64,000 nt of DNA from Cycas panzhihuaensis. Lineage: Eukaryota; Plantae; Cycadophyta. The number at the start of each line of letters is the position of its first letter. Within the stretch, counting starts at the first letter, position 1. Location of the stretch: assembly GCA_023213395.1 (NCBI GenBank), contig CM041465.1, forward strand, positions 221,905,741 to 221,969,740, in the 5' to 3' direction. Positions 13,672-26,350 of the stretch are shown in pieces. The translations under genes and the position numbers were made by a program. Under the pieces are notes generated by a model, which was not told where the DNA came from, searched no databases, and saw only the letters and a program-made list of their open reading frames with translations.

Positions 13672-14105
13672 TGTTAGAAATCACACTCTTACAACTGCTC
13701 AAATATCTTGTAAGAAATCAAGAAGAAACATAGCCCTGATACCATGTAATAAATCATAGATAAATAGAGATCATTTATATACATAACAAGTATAAAATGA
13801 ATAAAGAAAATAATAAAATATATGTGGGAAACCCTTTCAAAAAAACCTACAACTAAAGATCTATTGATTAAAATGATATGGAATAACCCACCATCTGGCA
13901 TTGTCATGTATAATAAACTTAGATCCCTTTATATAGATCCATGAGTGTTAGATTTATCTGCTCATATTAATTTCATCATAGCAAACTATGCACAATATCT
14001 TCCATATATAATGCATCATAACAACCTCATGGTTATACATCACATCATGCCACATATGTCACATTAAACATTAGGTGGTCAAGTGAATTAATAACTACTG
14101 TAATA
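13672..14105 (-). repeat. 5' LTR of copia B, with two extra U5-end/PBS units
   Basis: Preceded on the plus strand by the PBS complement ctttaatacca. Internal GCCCTGATACCA at 13733-13744. Confidence 0.9.
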
Positions 14106-14927
14106 ATTTCCCACACTTACTTCACCTTTTTAGCATCTAAGGTAAGTCATATGATGACTTGATCCCCACTTACAATACATAGTTTAGGTCTAGTTATGTG
14201 GGTCATCTAAAACATTTGGATCCAATTGCTTTGATCTATCATGGCCTCAATTGTGATCAAAACATGTTTAACACTAGAAGGATAAAAATAAATAACATCA
14301 AGAACTCATAGCAAAACTAATAAAAAGCCACTCATGGAGCCTATTCTTGATCTAATTAGTAGTCAAAGTTGAGCCCATAAACTTGAAACCCTTCTTTACT
14401 AGTTGATTCCTACACCTTTCCCATATTCATCAAGTCAATTATGAACTACCATTATATTCCCATGGCATTGATCATCCATACTAATGGGAGAAGTCATAGA
14501 AACCCTAGGCCACTTATTGTTGCTTATATCATTTGCAACCAAACATGCCATGTTTTGACAAGTTCTTAAATATACATGTCAATAGTGAGCAAGAATATAG
14601 TTGAATACACTATAATTATTAAGGCCCTAACTTATGTACTCCATGTTTATGCTAGCCTTGTTTTACTATATTTTGCCTCCTAACTAGTTATATACCTAGT
14701 TGGACATGTATACTAAGTTTATTACCCTCATTTATATGCCTTTGCCAATTCAATTAGAACTTTATTAACCTAATTCTTATTCATTGTGAGAATAAAATAT
14801 TAAAGTTAACTAATTGGTCATATACATCTTAAAGTATTGCATATGGAAAGATTATTCTTCTCCTCAAGGCTTCTAAGCCTATCAATAAGATTAGGCTTCT
14901 AAGCTAGCCTTCTCATCATATAATACA

Positions 14928-15217
14928 ACTCTAAAATGAGCTTAAATAACTATTACTCTAAAATAATCCTAAACGATCTTATACTCCACTATAAACCTAA
15001 ACTAGAATCATGCTTTAGAATGAGCCTAAATTATGATAGCTCCAATATGAGTCTAAACTATTATATAGATATGATTCCAACATTCTAAAAAAGAAGAAAA
15101 AGAAGAAGAAAAATAAAACTAAAAGAACTAAAAGAACAAGCTCCAAAATGAGCTCAGATAACTACTAACTTTGAAATAAGCTCAAATAACTCCTATCTCT
15201 TAAAATAATTACTAAAG
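14928..15217 (+). repeat. Tandem array A2 (same ~28 bp unit as A1)
   Basis: Units at 14928, 14955, 14983, 15012, 15039, 15140 and 15168. The order of unit variants mirrors 6689-6850. Confidence 0.75.
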
Positions 15218-15906
15218 AGGTTAAACAATGATAACTAGTTTTGGCTCATGATCCTACTAAGAGGACTTATCTAATGATTCCTTATCAAATGAGGTTAAAC
15301 TAATGGAATTTTCTTTGAATACTTATGGATAAACTATGGAAACACCCATAGTTGAGCTTCTCATAAGAGTGTGACTTTTAAGCCACCCCTCCATCAGTGC
15401 CCTTCCCAATTACTTTAACAAACATACAAATAGCTAGTTGAGCATCATTATTAGCATTCTCCATCTTGCAACACTAATCTAAAGAGGCTATGTTGCCAAG
15501 GGGATAAATATTTTCTAAAAATCAAGAATCTAACATCTATGATAACATAGGTAAAGTAGGTATATATTTATTGCTTTATTTTAATTTAATTTCTAACTTT
15601 TATACCTATACTACTAACATTTGCCTATTATTCTAGTGATAGGTATGTAAGGAACTCAACTTATGATGATTTTGACTTTAATAAGTGGCATAATAAAATT
15701 GTCCATTGGAGCCTTACATGTCAAAAGTAAAAAGGCCCTTTAATACCTCCAAAAGCACTTCTAAGAATTCTATTATCTTTTGTTGGTCATCTTAGCCACT
15801 TTTACTTTTATGATTTTCACTTAATTTTTTTGTTTATTATTATTATTATTTTGATTCATCCCATTTTGAAACCTTACCCAGTTTTATCTTTTAGAACATG
15901 ACACTT

Positions 15907-16031
15907 TATACTATTGTAAACTTTATAGTAGTGCAACACACCCCATTGTAGATTTCACAATGGTGCATAATGCATTCTTATAAAATTCATAATGTTACAA
16001 CATGTATCATTCTAAAAATTAAAACCATATA
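15907..16031. repeat. Palindrome array B2 (32 bp period)
   Basis: Units at 15907, 15939 (caccccattgtagatttcacaatggtgca), 15971 and 16003. Confidence 0.6.
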
Positions 16032-17832
16032 AAGTTGAACTATTACAAAATCATGGGTAATATTTTTTCTAATATTTTTGTATTTTTTTTAAATATCTAC
16101 CATCATTATTAATGTCAAGCATGGCGGAAGAGGGATAAGACATGGCAATACCATACACCCTCCCCTCACCTCCTAGGATAAAAACCACCGATTTTGGCCA
16201 TGGTTTCAAGGAAATACCATGGATCTATCCCATTTGGCATTAAATTCATTTCAAAATCCATGGGCATTGGTCAATGGGTTTTGCCCATGATTTCACTCAA
16301 ACCATAGGCCCCAAATCCACTCGAGTGGCATCTTCTTATATCTATTTATACCCTGATATTCCATTGGAAAAGGGGGGGAGGAATTACATCAAAGTCCTAT
16401 TAGAACATTATTAGGCATCCTCCATATACATCCACTTTAATTGGTGTTTAAGTGCTTGAGTCTTATGTTGGAGTCATTTGAATGCTAAGGGTAGCATTCA
16501 CTTTTACAGTTTAAAGCCATTGGCCAATTGTCATATACTAATTAGGGAGCATCATTTACCTTGTGATCTTCATCCCTTCTCATTTCTTCCCCAATTCTAC
16601 TTTTGTAAAACTACCACTTCTATCACTTGATTTTCTCCCCTCCAACCACTTTTTCTTTGCTTCCTATCTATTAGAAGTATTTAAGGAGGTTTTAGAGGGC
16701 TCATTGATATTGTTTAAATCCCATGCAGTGGCAATCCTACCATTTATAAGGCTCACACTATAATTGCACTTGTTTAGATATAGATTTGTTGGTAATCACT
16801 TTCAATTTATTTTGTTTGCTTTGATATACATGTTATTACTTTAAGGACTAACTTTACAAGTGGAGGAGGTACACGGTGATCCTTTTTCTTGTAAGTAGCT
16901 GTGGAGCTTTTATTTAGAGTCTTCCCCTTCTTCTCTCATTATCAAAATTACCTATATGATAGGGGATTTTTTTAATTATAATGTAATTCAATAAGCAAAA
17001 ATAGTCTTAAATTTTACACACAAATTATTTAACTTTGCATGTGCATCTTGAGTTTATTGTCTAGATCTCACTTGATGAATTTGGACTCATAGAGTTAAAA
17101 GTTAAAAAGATAAACCATCTGAGCTTTGTTATGTATCACCAGTTCATCTTATTTCTCTTTTGCTCATTTAGTTTAATGCCTTTAATCTCATTAATTAAAA
17201 TATTAAAAAAAAATCTTCTATTTTAAAGAAAGAAAAAAGTGAAAAGACTTTTATTTCCCTTCCTCTCTTATTTGGTTTCAAAAATTAAAAATAAAAAGAG
17301 TGTTTGATTTTCTTGTGTGTGTGTTTACATACATGCTTACTCTTGCCTTTCCTCTGATTCTAAAAGTTAATTAGAAAATAAAAAAACAAAGAAACTAAAG
17401 GAAAGACTTTCTTTTTTTAGTTTATGCTTGATTAGATATACCACATGAAGAGGGGGATTTACACTTGGTATGAATCCTCAAACTTGTGGAGCCTTAGGTC
17501 TTGCTTTTAGACTAGGTTGTTGTGATGTGTGCATTAAAATAAAAGTGTATATAGTTGTATAGTAAGCACTTGTTCTCTACTCTCTAGATCTCTTTAAGAT
17601 AGGGTCATCCTCCATTAGATGAGGGGTCACTTAGGTCTTAGTTGCTACTAAAAACTACTCCTTATGCTTAATTTAAAGCACCTTTGAAAATTTGATCTGC
17701 ATGTTTAAAAGGCTTAATATAAAGAGAGTGCAAAGATCTTGGATGGACTTAACTCATCTCTTCTTCTATCTATCTTGTACCCTAAGCTGATGTCTTGATT
17801 TGCTAAGGCTAAACTAGTAGGAAAAGACTCCT

Positions 17833-18882
17833 TGTAATACCAATATGGATTTTATATTTGATTACACTCACTAACCTCATACTTGATGCTTCATTAATAC
17901 TTGCATATAAAATAAGATTGTAGATTTTAAACTCCAAGTAATCTAAAATGAAATGTTAGAACGTAGTTGGAATTTCCTAACTTACATTAAAACAATTCTC
18001 AATAATAGACAAGGAGGACATGTAAGAGGATTCTCAATGCTTAGTAAACAACATGCAAAATATAAAACTCAATTTATAGAATAAATTGTTTATCAATAAA
18101 CCATCAGAACATGTGCTTAATGGTATGTGAAAAATAATTATGGCATAAGATTCTTGCATTATAGTGATAAAAGTTTAAGTTACAATTAGATGTCTATGTG
18201 TTGATATGTTGCCCAAAATAATCCCTTGATACAGACTAGTACATCAAAATTAACATGATGTTTATAGTAGCTGAATGCACTTACTTAAGAGTTCCTAGTT
18301 GCAAAAAAGCCTATAGCATATGAATTATCTTTCACCAAATGCCTTTTGTACCCATATATATATACAAATAAAAACAAGTAAAGAAGAAAGAAAGGAGAGA
18401 GGAAAAGAAAACTTAAGAAAAAAGAATTTAAATAAGGGAAAAGAATATGGTCTAAGACCTTACAACTCTTTCTCTAAATTTTTTACCCTAGTCTCTTTGA
18501 AGTGTTGCCTTTTAACCTCACTCCTTTGCAACTATCCTATAAACTCTAAGAAGCCCTATGTTATTATTACTACTACTCTTAGTGAGCCCTATTGATCTAG
18601 TATTACACTTTATTCGGTAGTTACTAGTTGATGTGATAGGTTGTTAGGGAGTCCAATCATAGTATTGGAGAGGCAAGTTGTTTCATATCTTGTCAGTGAG
18701 ATTCACTAAAAGGTGGGGCCCATAATAATGATAAGCGTAGTCTTAGTACTTAGTGTTTTAGTATTATACCTAAAAAGAAGCTATGTTAATCCCATTGTGC
18801 ACTTATTTATGACTACCATCATATGAACTTAATATTAATGCAAGACTTTGCATCATTGCATTCATTCAATTAAAAACTAACA
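17833..18882 (+). repeat. Putative 3' LTR of the Tat-like gypsy element
   Basis: TG...CA ends, preceded by a purine tract, with a TATA-like tract at ~18355. No partner LTR in the window. Confidence 0.55.
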
Positions 18883-20329
18883 TTTGTAGATGTAGCACCA
18901 TCTTGTCCTAGCTAAAGTGATTTCTCATGAAAACTATGTAACTTGAACTCTAGCTTTTCTCACATTGAATTTCTCTAGCATTAGACTAAAATCTTCTTTA
19001 CTAATATCATGGGGAAATATCAACCACATGTTCAACCATATATATAAAGTACCTTTCAACTCAAACAAGAGCAAGTTATAAACTGTTAATAAACCCTTGC
19101 CTAAATGACTTAGATGAAACCCTCAAGTCTCCACTTTATATTAGCATATTAAATTTTGTTACTCCCCTAACTTTATCTAGGTATTTATTTTCAATCTCTT
19201 TAACCTCCCTTCCCTAAGGATTTTTCCCTGTGTAAAGAATAATTAGTGCTATATCTTCATCTAAAAAAGTAGATGTAGACTTAGTAAGAATATCTAAGTC
19301 TTTTCTGCTCTTTTAATCTCCCAAAAAAACCTATGATAAGAATATCTAAATCCACAAGTGACCCAACTTTATCTTATAATGTTTCTTTCAAGGCAAGTTT
19401 TACCTCTATAATAGTTGTGGAAAAATAGTTCACTTCAATATATTTATTTGATGAAAGATCCCATTCCTAGACATCCATTCCATTAGTTATTCTTGTAATG
19501 CTAGTCTTACAGATAATCAATTCCAATCTCACTCCTCTCTCTTCCCTATAAACAAGCTTATTTACATGAAATGGACTCATTGTGGGAACTTTTTTAGATT
19601 CCAATAGTTCTACTTTCACCTAGTTAATAATCCTTCCTTTCATTGGCTTATCATAAACATTTATGAAATTAAATGAGCTTTTAAATTGATTAGGTATATT
19701 GAAAACTGAGAAGTCTAAGCAAGCAAGTCCACCTTAATATATTATATTATGCATGTTAAAACGTAACCTTGGCATTTGTGAAAAGCATGACAAGCTTGTA
19801 GATGATTTTCAAGTAACAAGAAAGTGAAACTATATGCTAATCATTGGTAATGAAGATAACATCTCCCTCCCTCCCATAAGGTTTATTAAGGTATTCATTG
19901 CTAATGAGGTTGAGAATCCTCAGGGCTTCAATTATAGCCTAACATAAGAGACTAAGATGAAATTGATAGTCTTAGTAATCTTCTTCTACTTGAGGACCAT
20001 AAATCTTACCCCTAGTCTTTCCTCAACTAGACCATTCGTTATGATATCTATATCTTTTATGCTTTTAACTATAGCCTTTTTTCTAGTGTCAAAGTCAACT
20101 TTCTCCAAGTCCCCTACAATTGCCATATAACCATACAATGCCTTCTTTTTTATCTTTTTTTTTTTTCCATCTATATAAGATCTATATTCTCTTCATAATT
20201 TTGTTTATATATATGTGAGGATTACACTCATAGCTAATCTTTCTATGCATGATTATTGTCTTCAAAATATTTAACTAGTTACTCTACCTACTGAAAACTA
20301 GAGAGGGTGGGTGAGAATTTTACTACTAT

Positions 20330-20900
20330 TATCCATCCATGGCCATATTTTCCATACACTGCTTTTGACCTCCCATTGTTAAACCCAAGTTCCTCAAGTT
20401 ATCCATCCATATCTTTATTTCCAATACCCTCCCAACAACCATCCTTTCTCTTTATAATGTATGCATTATGAATAATAACTAATGGTGATACTAAAATAAG
20501 ATCTTCTCTATTTTTTATTACTTTTAAGGATGGCAATGATTAATACGATCTTACATCATTGAGCAATGAGACATAGCTCCATCTCATCAAAACACATAAA
20601 GCTTTATGTAAGCTAAGGTGTTATTTCTTATAAGCTAGAATCCTGAACACTATAAATGTCTATATAATCGTTTGAAAGCTTATTATACATGAGACAAAGT
20701 GAGAAGCTAGATTTCCCTTCATCCTAGTATCTTTTATGCTATTATAGATTCTCATTAAGCACTTTTGCAAATTAAAGATATGATCTATGAACATGTTACT
20801 TAAATTTCTCATTATCCTTGGGTAAACCAAACTATCACATAAGCACCCCATCCTTTAATAGAGTATCATCATCTATGAAATGGCTAATACATGTCCTTAA
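20330..20900 (-). pseudogene. Possible ancient LINE reverse transcriptase relic
   Basis: ISHFIDDDTLL at ~20855-20890 resembles the L1 motif SHLxFADDTLL. The rest is barely recognisable. Confidence 0.3.
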
Positions 20901-23079
20901 TTGATCACAATTCTACTTCTAGTACTTAAAAGGGCATTGATAATTACACTAATTTCTAAGGTCCATAGGCTTGTTATGAAACCCCTTCTACTAATTTCTG
21001 TTTCTTGCTTTAATTTCGATTCTAAGAGCAAGAGAGGGCATAGTGTATATGTTATGAACCTAGTTTGTAACTAGGAAGCAAATGTTAAGTTTTAGCAAGC
21101 ATAAAAGAGCACAAGGATGCTTAGACAAGATAATAGTCAAATGACCAATTAATTTATTAATAAAAGAAAAAGTGATGAAGAATGTATATTGTTGGATATA
21201 TATTTATATGCATAAAATAGGGTCTTTTCACAAATGGGTGCATCCATTCAATGAGACCTTTGATAATGATTAATTAATTACTTCTTTTAACGAGGTTTTT
21301 AACAAGACCCACTTCTTGAAATGTTTCATCCTCAAAACATAATAGAGATAACGATTGGTCTAATATAGCCTCTTACTGATAAAAGTATATCATAATCATC
21401 TAATGTATGTCATTCAGTTATAATTATCGAAACTTTAAATAATAATAAATGTGAACATAATGTCAAGCTTAAATAAGATGATGTGATTGTAGACTAATTA
21501 GAATTCTTTGGTAGATGTTGACTACGAGAACGTTGAATTTCTATTTTACCTTGCCTAGAGGTTGAAGATTGATGCCAAGGAATCTTCCATTCAATTTTGA
21601 CTTTAAATTATAAATAGATGTTACAATTTGAATAGTTATCATTTATAAGATCATTAAATGTAGGTATTTAAAAAGTTGATATGAGTGTTGATACAAACCA
21701 ATATTGTCTTAGAATATAGGATTCTTAATGAATGCTTGAGATCTTCTTAGATTCATTAGGAGATAAAATTATTATTATTAATACTAGAGAATCCTCTCAT
21801 ATATATGATATAATTATTTGATTCGTATTATCACGTATATTGATTTTACCAAAAGTTTTACTTGTAGTATCATAAGTATCATACTTTATATTGGGGGTCT
21901 AGTCACCATTTCCAAAATTGTTGAACATATTTTTTTGAAAAATTATTATTGGTGATGTTCCGTAATAGTATTATTTTTAAGGTATAAGATTTTATATCTA
22001 GTTTTGAATTTTGCCTAGGTTGTTTAAAAGGTGAACTTATTATCATTGGTATTAGTAATTTTTGCCTAGATTAATTAGGAGATATTATTGACACTAGTTG
22101 ATTCTTCTCAAATTGATCAAGGGATATAGATATTATCATTAGAATTAGTGAATTTTCTAGCATATTTTTTATATCTTCTTTATTATAAATTATTATATAT
22201 ATTTTTAGGAATGGCACTAGCTTTTTATCTTTATTAATTATCAATGGTTTATCCATATTTTCTTATTGAATATTATCTTCTTCTTCCTGTATACTTAAAT
22301 TATGTGTTGGGATTATGATTTGGTTTGTAGGTCCTTTTTCTTTTTGAATGAAATAAATTACAAGAGAACAGGGAAGAACATAAAAGAGATAATCAAAACT
22401 TCAATACATCATTGTTGCATGAACAAAAATCATTGTATTCAATCCATTTTGTAAAGAAAGTATTACAAATGTCCATAATAAAGGCAGTGTCTAAAGACAC
22501 TAAGGTTGCACACCCCTCAAATTATATAATTTGGGGGAGGAGAGAAACTCCTGAACCCCTAAAATTCAAATAACAATAAAATAATACAAACTTAACTCAA
22601 ATTAACTAAACTTAGCTTATACTTACCTACACATGTTGAGCACCCACATATGTAAATTAATGAAGATGAGGTGTACACTCCTAGTTGGAAAGTATGAGAG
22701 GGGTGATGACTATTAACCCCAACATTCTCCCCCTTAATGGTTATCATGAACAATATCTTCTCTTTAAACTTATGGAATTTATACTTGAAAAAAACTTTAA
22801 AATTTTGTCTCTTAACTTGATCTTTATTAACTTGCTTCAACCTTCTACCAATGTGTATATCTTCATCATTGAATGGTGTAAAAAAAACTATAAGTAAATG
22901 AAGCTTTATTGAAAAGTGGATGTACTGCTGAAACTTTGACTTTGTTAACTGAAACTTTAAGAAAACTTTGAACTTGAACTTTATCTTTTGAAGACTTTCT
23001 ATTATGAACAATTATTAAATCATCATATATCTTCTCTATCATATCATAAGATTCATTCACCCCCTCAAATAGAGGATTA

Positions 23080-23480
23080 GGCTCTTATGCAACAAGCTAA
23101 TAATGCATTTGATTTGAATCTTCCTTAGTTTTTTCATTATAATCTACTTGTTCTAGTACCTATCTCACATGCTCAATAAAATCAACATCAAATACATTGA
23201 GGGTATCTCCCCCATAAGTAGAAATCAAAATATCCTAAATAGATTTAGAAGTTGTTAATTCACAACCTTTAGAAAATACATTATCATCAATAGTGCAAAA
23301 TAATATCCCTAAGACTTCATTATCCTTTCTAAAATTTTCTTTAATACTAAGAGCATATTCATGTTATAAATATTTCCAAAGATCATGTGTAATGAAATAA
23401 TCTTGCATTGTTTGATGCCATAGTGAAAATTTATGGTCATCGAAAATAGGAAATTGCACTTGGTTAAGATTGAATGCTAT
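23080..23480 (-). pseudogene. Copia gag N-terminal relic
   Basis: NLNQVQFPIFDDHKFSLWHQTMQDYFITHDLWKYL matches the copia gag pattern PxFxGxNYxxWxxxMxxxLxxxxLW. Confidence 0.7.
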
Positions 23481-25593
23481 TTTATCAAGAAAAATTTGAG
23501 TACATAAAAGGATATGCTTTTACCATCTAAAAAAGTTAATAAATGACAAACTAATATGATTTCAATTTTTTTTTTTTGAAAGAAATGTAATGCCCTTTGA
23601 AAATGAATTAACTAAACGCAACTTGTATAGGTGCAATAGGGAAATAATTTTTCAACAAGGATGAATAAAAAATATATTTCAATAAATGTATGCCTTTCGA
23701 ATAAATGACAATCTTATAAGATATAATTTCAGATAAAATTTGAAATATAATGAGTTTGTAAGAAAATTTGAATATAACTAAGATTCTTTTAAATATGCAA
23801 ATCTGAAATAAACTTTTATGAAAAAATAATAAAAAAATCTTAATCTTTTAATTTTCTAAATAAATAAATATAAACTCTCAATGTAAGAAATCATTTGCCT
23901 TGATAATAATATATAATGCTGAAACTGAAATATATATAAGTATTTTCACTTTGAAATATAAAGAATATAAAGAAACTTTTAAACAAAAATAAATTGTACC
24001 CAGTTTAGTTATAGGTCCACTTGGCTTGTCACTTGCTTGAAATCACTTTCTATTATATATTAGCTTAAAAGTAGCTTAAATAAAAGTCAAATGAAAACCT
24101 TAATCATATAATATAAGTGATCAATAAGAAATAAAATGAAGAACTCCTTAAAAGAAAGGTTTAAAAGATAAAATCAAGTTTGGCAGCTTCAAAGCTATAC
24201 TAAATAATGTTAGAATAAAGTGAAATTGTATCACATTAAAGATCAATAAAAAAATTATCCAATGTAACTATCCATTTTGAAAACGGGTTTCTACAAGTCA
24301 AATTTTAATGAACCAAATGTACAAACCTACTTTTAAGGCCTAACAAGAGCAGGGAGCTTAAAATAGTATAGAAAATGCTAATAAAATTTTATAGAATATT
24401 GTAAAATAATTGAATATATATTAGAGAGCTACTCAATATATTTTCAGCTAAAAATTTTGAGAAATAATATATAAAAAATGTGTAATAATTATAGATTAGA
24501 GGCTATTAAGTACGTCAACTTTAATGCTTTTGAGAATCAACGAAAACACTTCAAAACTTATAAAAAACTATGTCAATTCAAAGAGAAGTGAGTCATCTTC
24601 TCAATGAAACTGACAGAATTAAATTCTGATGTAAAACAGAAAAGTTATAATGAAAATGGCAACAAGTACTTTTATGGTAAAATGTTTAAAAAGTGCTGAA
24701 AAATAATAAAGTGTCACTTTCAGTGATTAAAATAATCATAAAAATAAATCCTAAAAAATAAAATAAATGGTTGGTAATGAAGTTTATTAATAGAAAATAA
24801 CTGTAGAATAGATCTAGGTAGAAAATAATCTCCCGGTGATAAAATATAATCTGTTAAAAAAGTAATTTTGTAAAAATGTTTTAAAAGGCTCAAAAAATTA
24901 CTAATTAACTTTAAATTGACTGAAAATGGGTCAGATCAGCTCTAAATTGGTCATATGATTAGTCAAAATCATACTGTAGAAAATTCTGGATGCAATGGGA
25001 TAGGTTTCATCATAAACTGATGACCCAGTTAGAAGTTATCACAAAAAAATGATAGTTACCCTATGTAAAATGAAAAATTAAAAAAAATAAAAAGAAAAAA
25101 AGTTTATAACTTTTGTTAGCCCCTTTGAAATAAGGAGAAAGGTCATATGAATATGAATATGACTGGGGGCTAATGGTGAAATGGGGGCTAAGATTTAAGA
25201 AACCCTGGATTTGAAAAGACATACAATTTAATTAAATTTTTAAAACTTTATATTAAAGAAAAATAAAAAAATAAAAGGTATTTGAAAAAAATGTTTTGGT
25301 GCACGCCGTCGTGGTGCCGCCGTCACCTGTATACCTAGCAAACTTGCAGAGGTGCCATTTGTGGGAATCGTCATTGTCACGCGGCTTCTATTGGGGAGAT
25401 GGCAGAGATGCTGTGGAGATCTGTACTACTCAGAGAGCTGGAGAGATGGTGCTAAAGCAATAAGCCTAGTTGGATTAAGTACCAAGTTTGGTACTCCTGT
25501 ATCGAGTAATAAAAATTAAGTTTGCCAAATGGCCCTTGTTGAAACAAATCCACAAAATTGTTGTGTCAACTCTTCTTCACAGGTTTGCTAAAT

Positions 25594-25710
25594 TGTGAGC
25601 ATGCATCGAATTGTGGAGGCTGTAAGATATAGAATCTTGCATATGATGCACAGATCAGGGTAAAGGAGCAACAAGTCCATGATCTAATAATTCATAAAGG
25701 GAGGTTTCCT
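25594..25710 (+). pseudogene. Captured host gene fragment: TrmA/RlmD(RumA)-family RNA m5U methyltransferase, Fe-S cluster region
   Basis: CEHASNCGGCKI*NLAYDAQIRVKEQQVHDLIIHKGRFP contains the C-x5-CGGC-x-x-Q-x-L-x-Y-x-x-Q-x-x-x-K signature, with one CAG>TAG stop. Confidence 0.8.
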
Positions 25711-26302
25711 AATCGAATTTTGGTATTACGAAGCTTGCCAGATTTCCCTGTTCAAATACTCTATAGAAAATTAATTTAGAAGGAAAGCACATAGATTTAA
25801 GGCCCACAAAAGCTGATATAGTCAAGGGTTTGAGGGTAGCTAGTTGGTTCTCTTGCTCTATTGGTTGAATTTGGTAACACACACTAGTGCTTATTATGAT
25901 TGATGGATCTTTGTAGGGTAGATATTGTAGATGTTTATGACTGCCTAATGACTGGGTGGTCTATCATAACAACTTGTGTTCATGAAGTATGGAAGTTTCT
26001 CTTGCACAAAGATAATATGCTCACAAAGGTTGTGGACTCTAGGAATTCAATTATGATGGAGCTTAAACTACTCTGATTCTAGAAGGGTAATGCACAGAAC
26101 TAACAAAAAAAAATGTCAAAGCCAACGAAAAATAGATAATGCAAATGGGAAAATAGAGTATACCAGTCTCAATCTGGCTATCTTCAAGGTTCTAGCCAAG
26201 AGATTGGAGGATCATCACCACTCCCTTTTTTTAATTTTTACTTTACATAAAAGACCTTTCTGCTATTGTTAAGAACTGTCGTGTGTTGGGGGATTTATTA
26301 AT

Positions 26303-26350
26303 ATTGTAATGATTGCAGGTTATGCTAAAAAATGGACAAGATCAGCTTTT
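26303..26350 (+). pseudogene. Possible captured PLS-class PPR motif fragment
   Basis: Reads IVMIAGYAK(N)GQ if one A is removed from the A run, matching the consensus WxxMIAGYAQNG. Very short. Confidence 0.4.

Larger units (their letters stand above)
8373..14105 (-). mobile_element. Full-length degenerate Ty1/copia element B
   Basis: LTRs 8373-8803 and 13672-14105. Perfect TSD ATTTC (8368-8372, 14106-14110). Decayed iMet PBS at 13661-13671. PPT at 8804-8812. gag-PR-INT-RT-RH on the minus strand. Confidence 0.95.
3570..18882 (+). mobile_element. Ty3/gypsy element of the non-chromovirus OTA (Tat/Athila-like) group: pol, long 3' region and 3' LTR; interrupted by copia B
   Basis: RT-RH-INT order. 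About 5.4 kb of 3' non-coding region with tandem repeats. Purine tract, then TGTAATACC at 17833; LTR end AAAACTAACA at 18882. Confidence 0.7.

Noticed and set aside
15420-15500. Archaeal-type RNase H motif (ENANNDAQLA on the minus strand)
   Set aside because: No supporting upstream DG/NNxAEY/GDS motifs found in frame.
18883-20330. LINE ORF1 or host gene
   Set aside because: Too decayed; no motif that I can support.
22592-23011. 139-aa minus-strand ORF
   Set aside because: Low-complexity K/F-rich frame running across the PPT into the LTR, with no recognisable domain.
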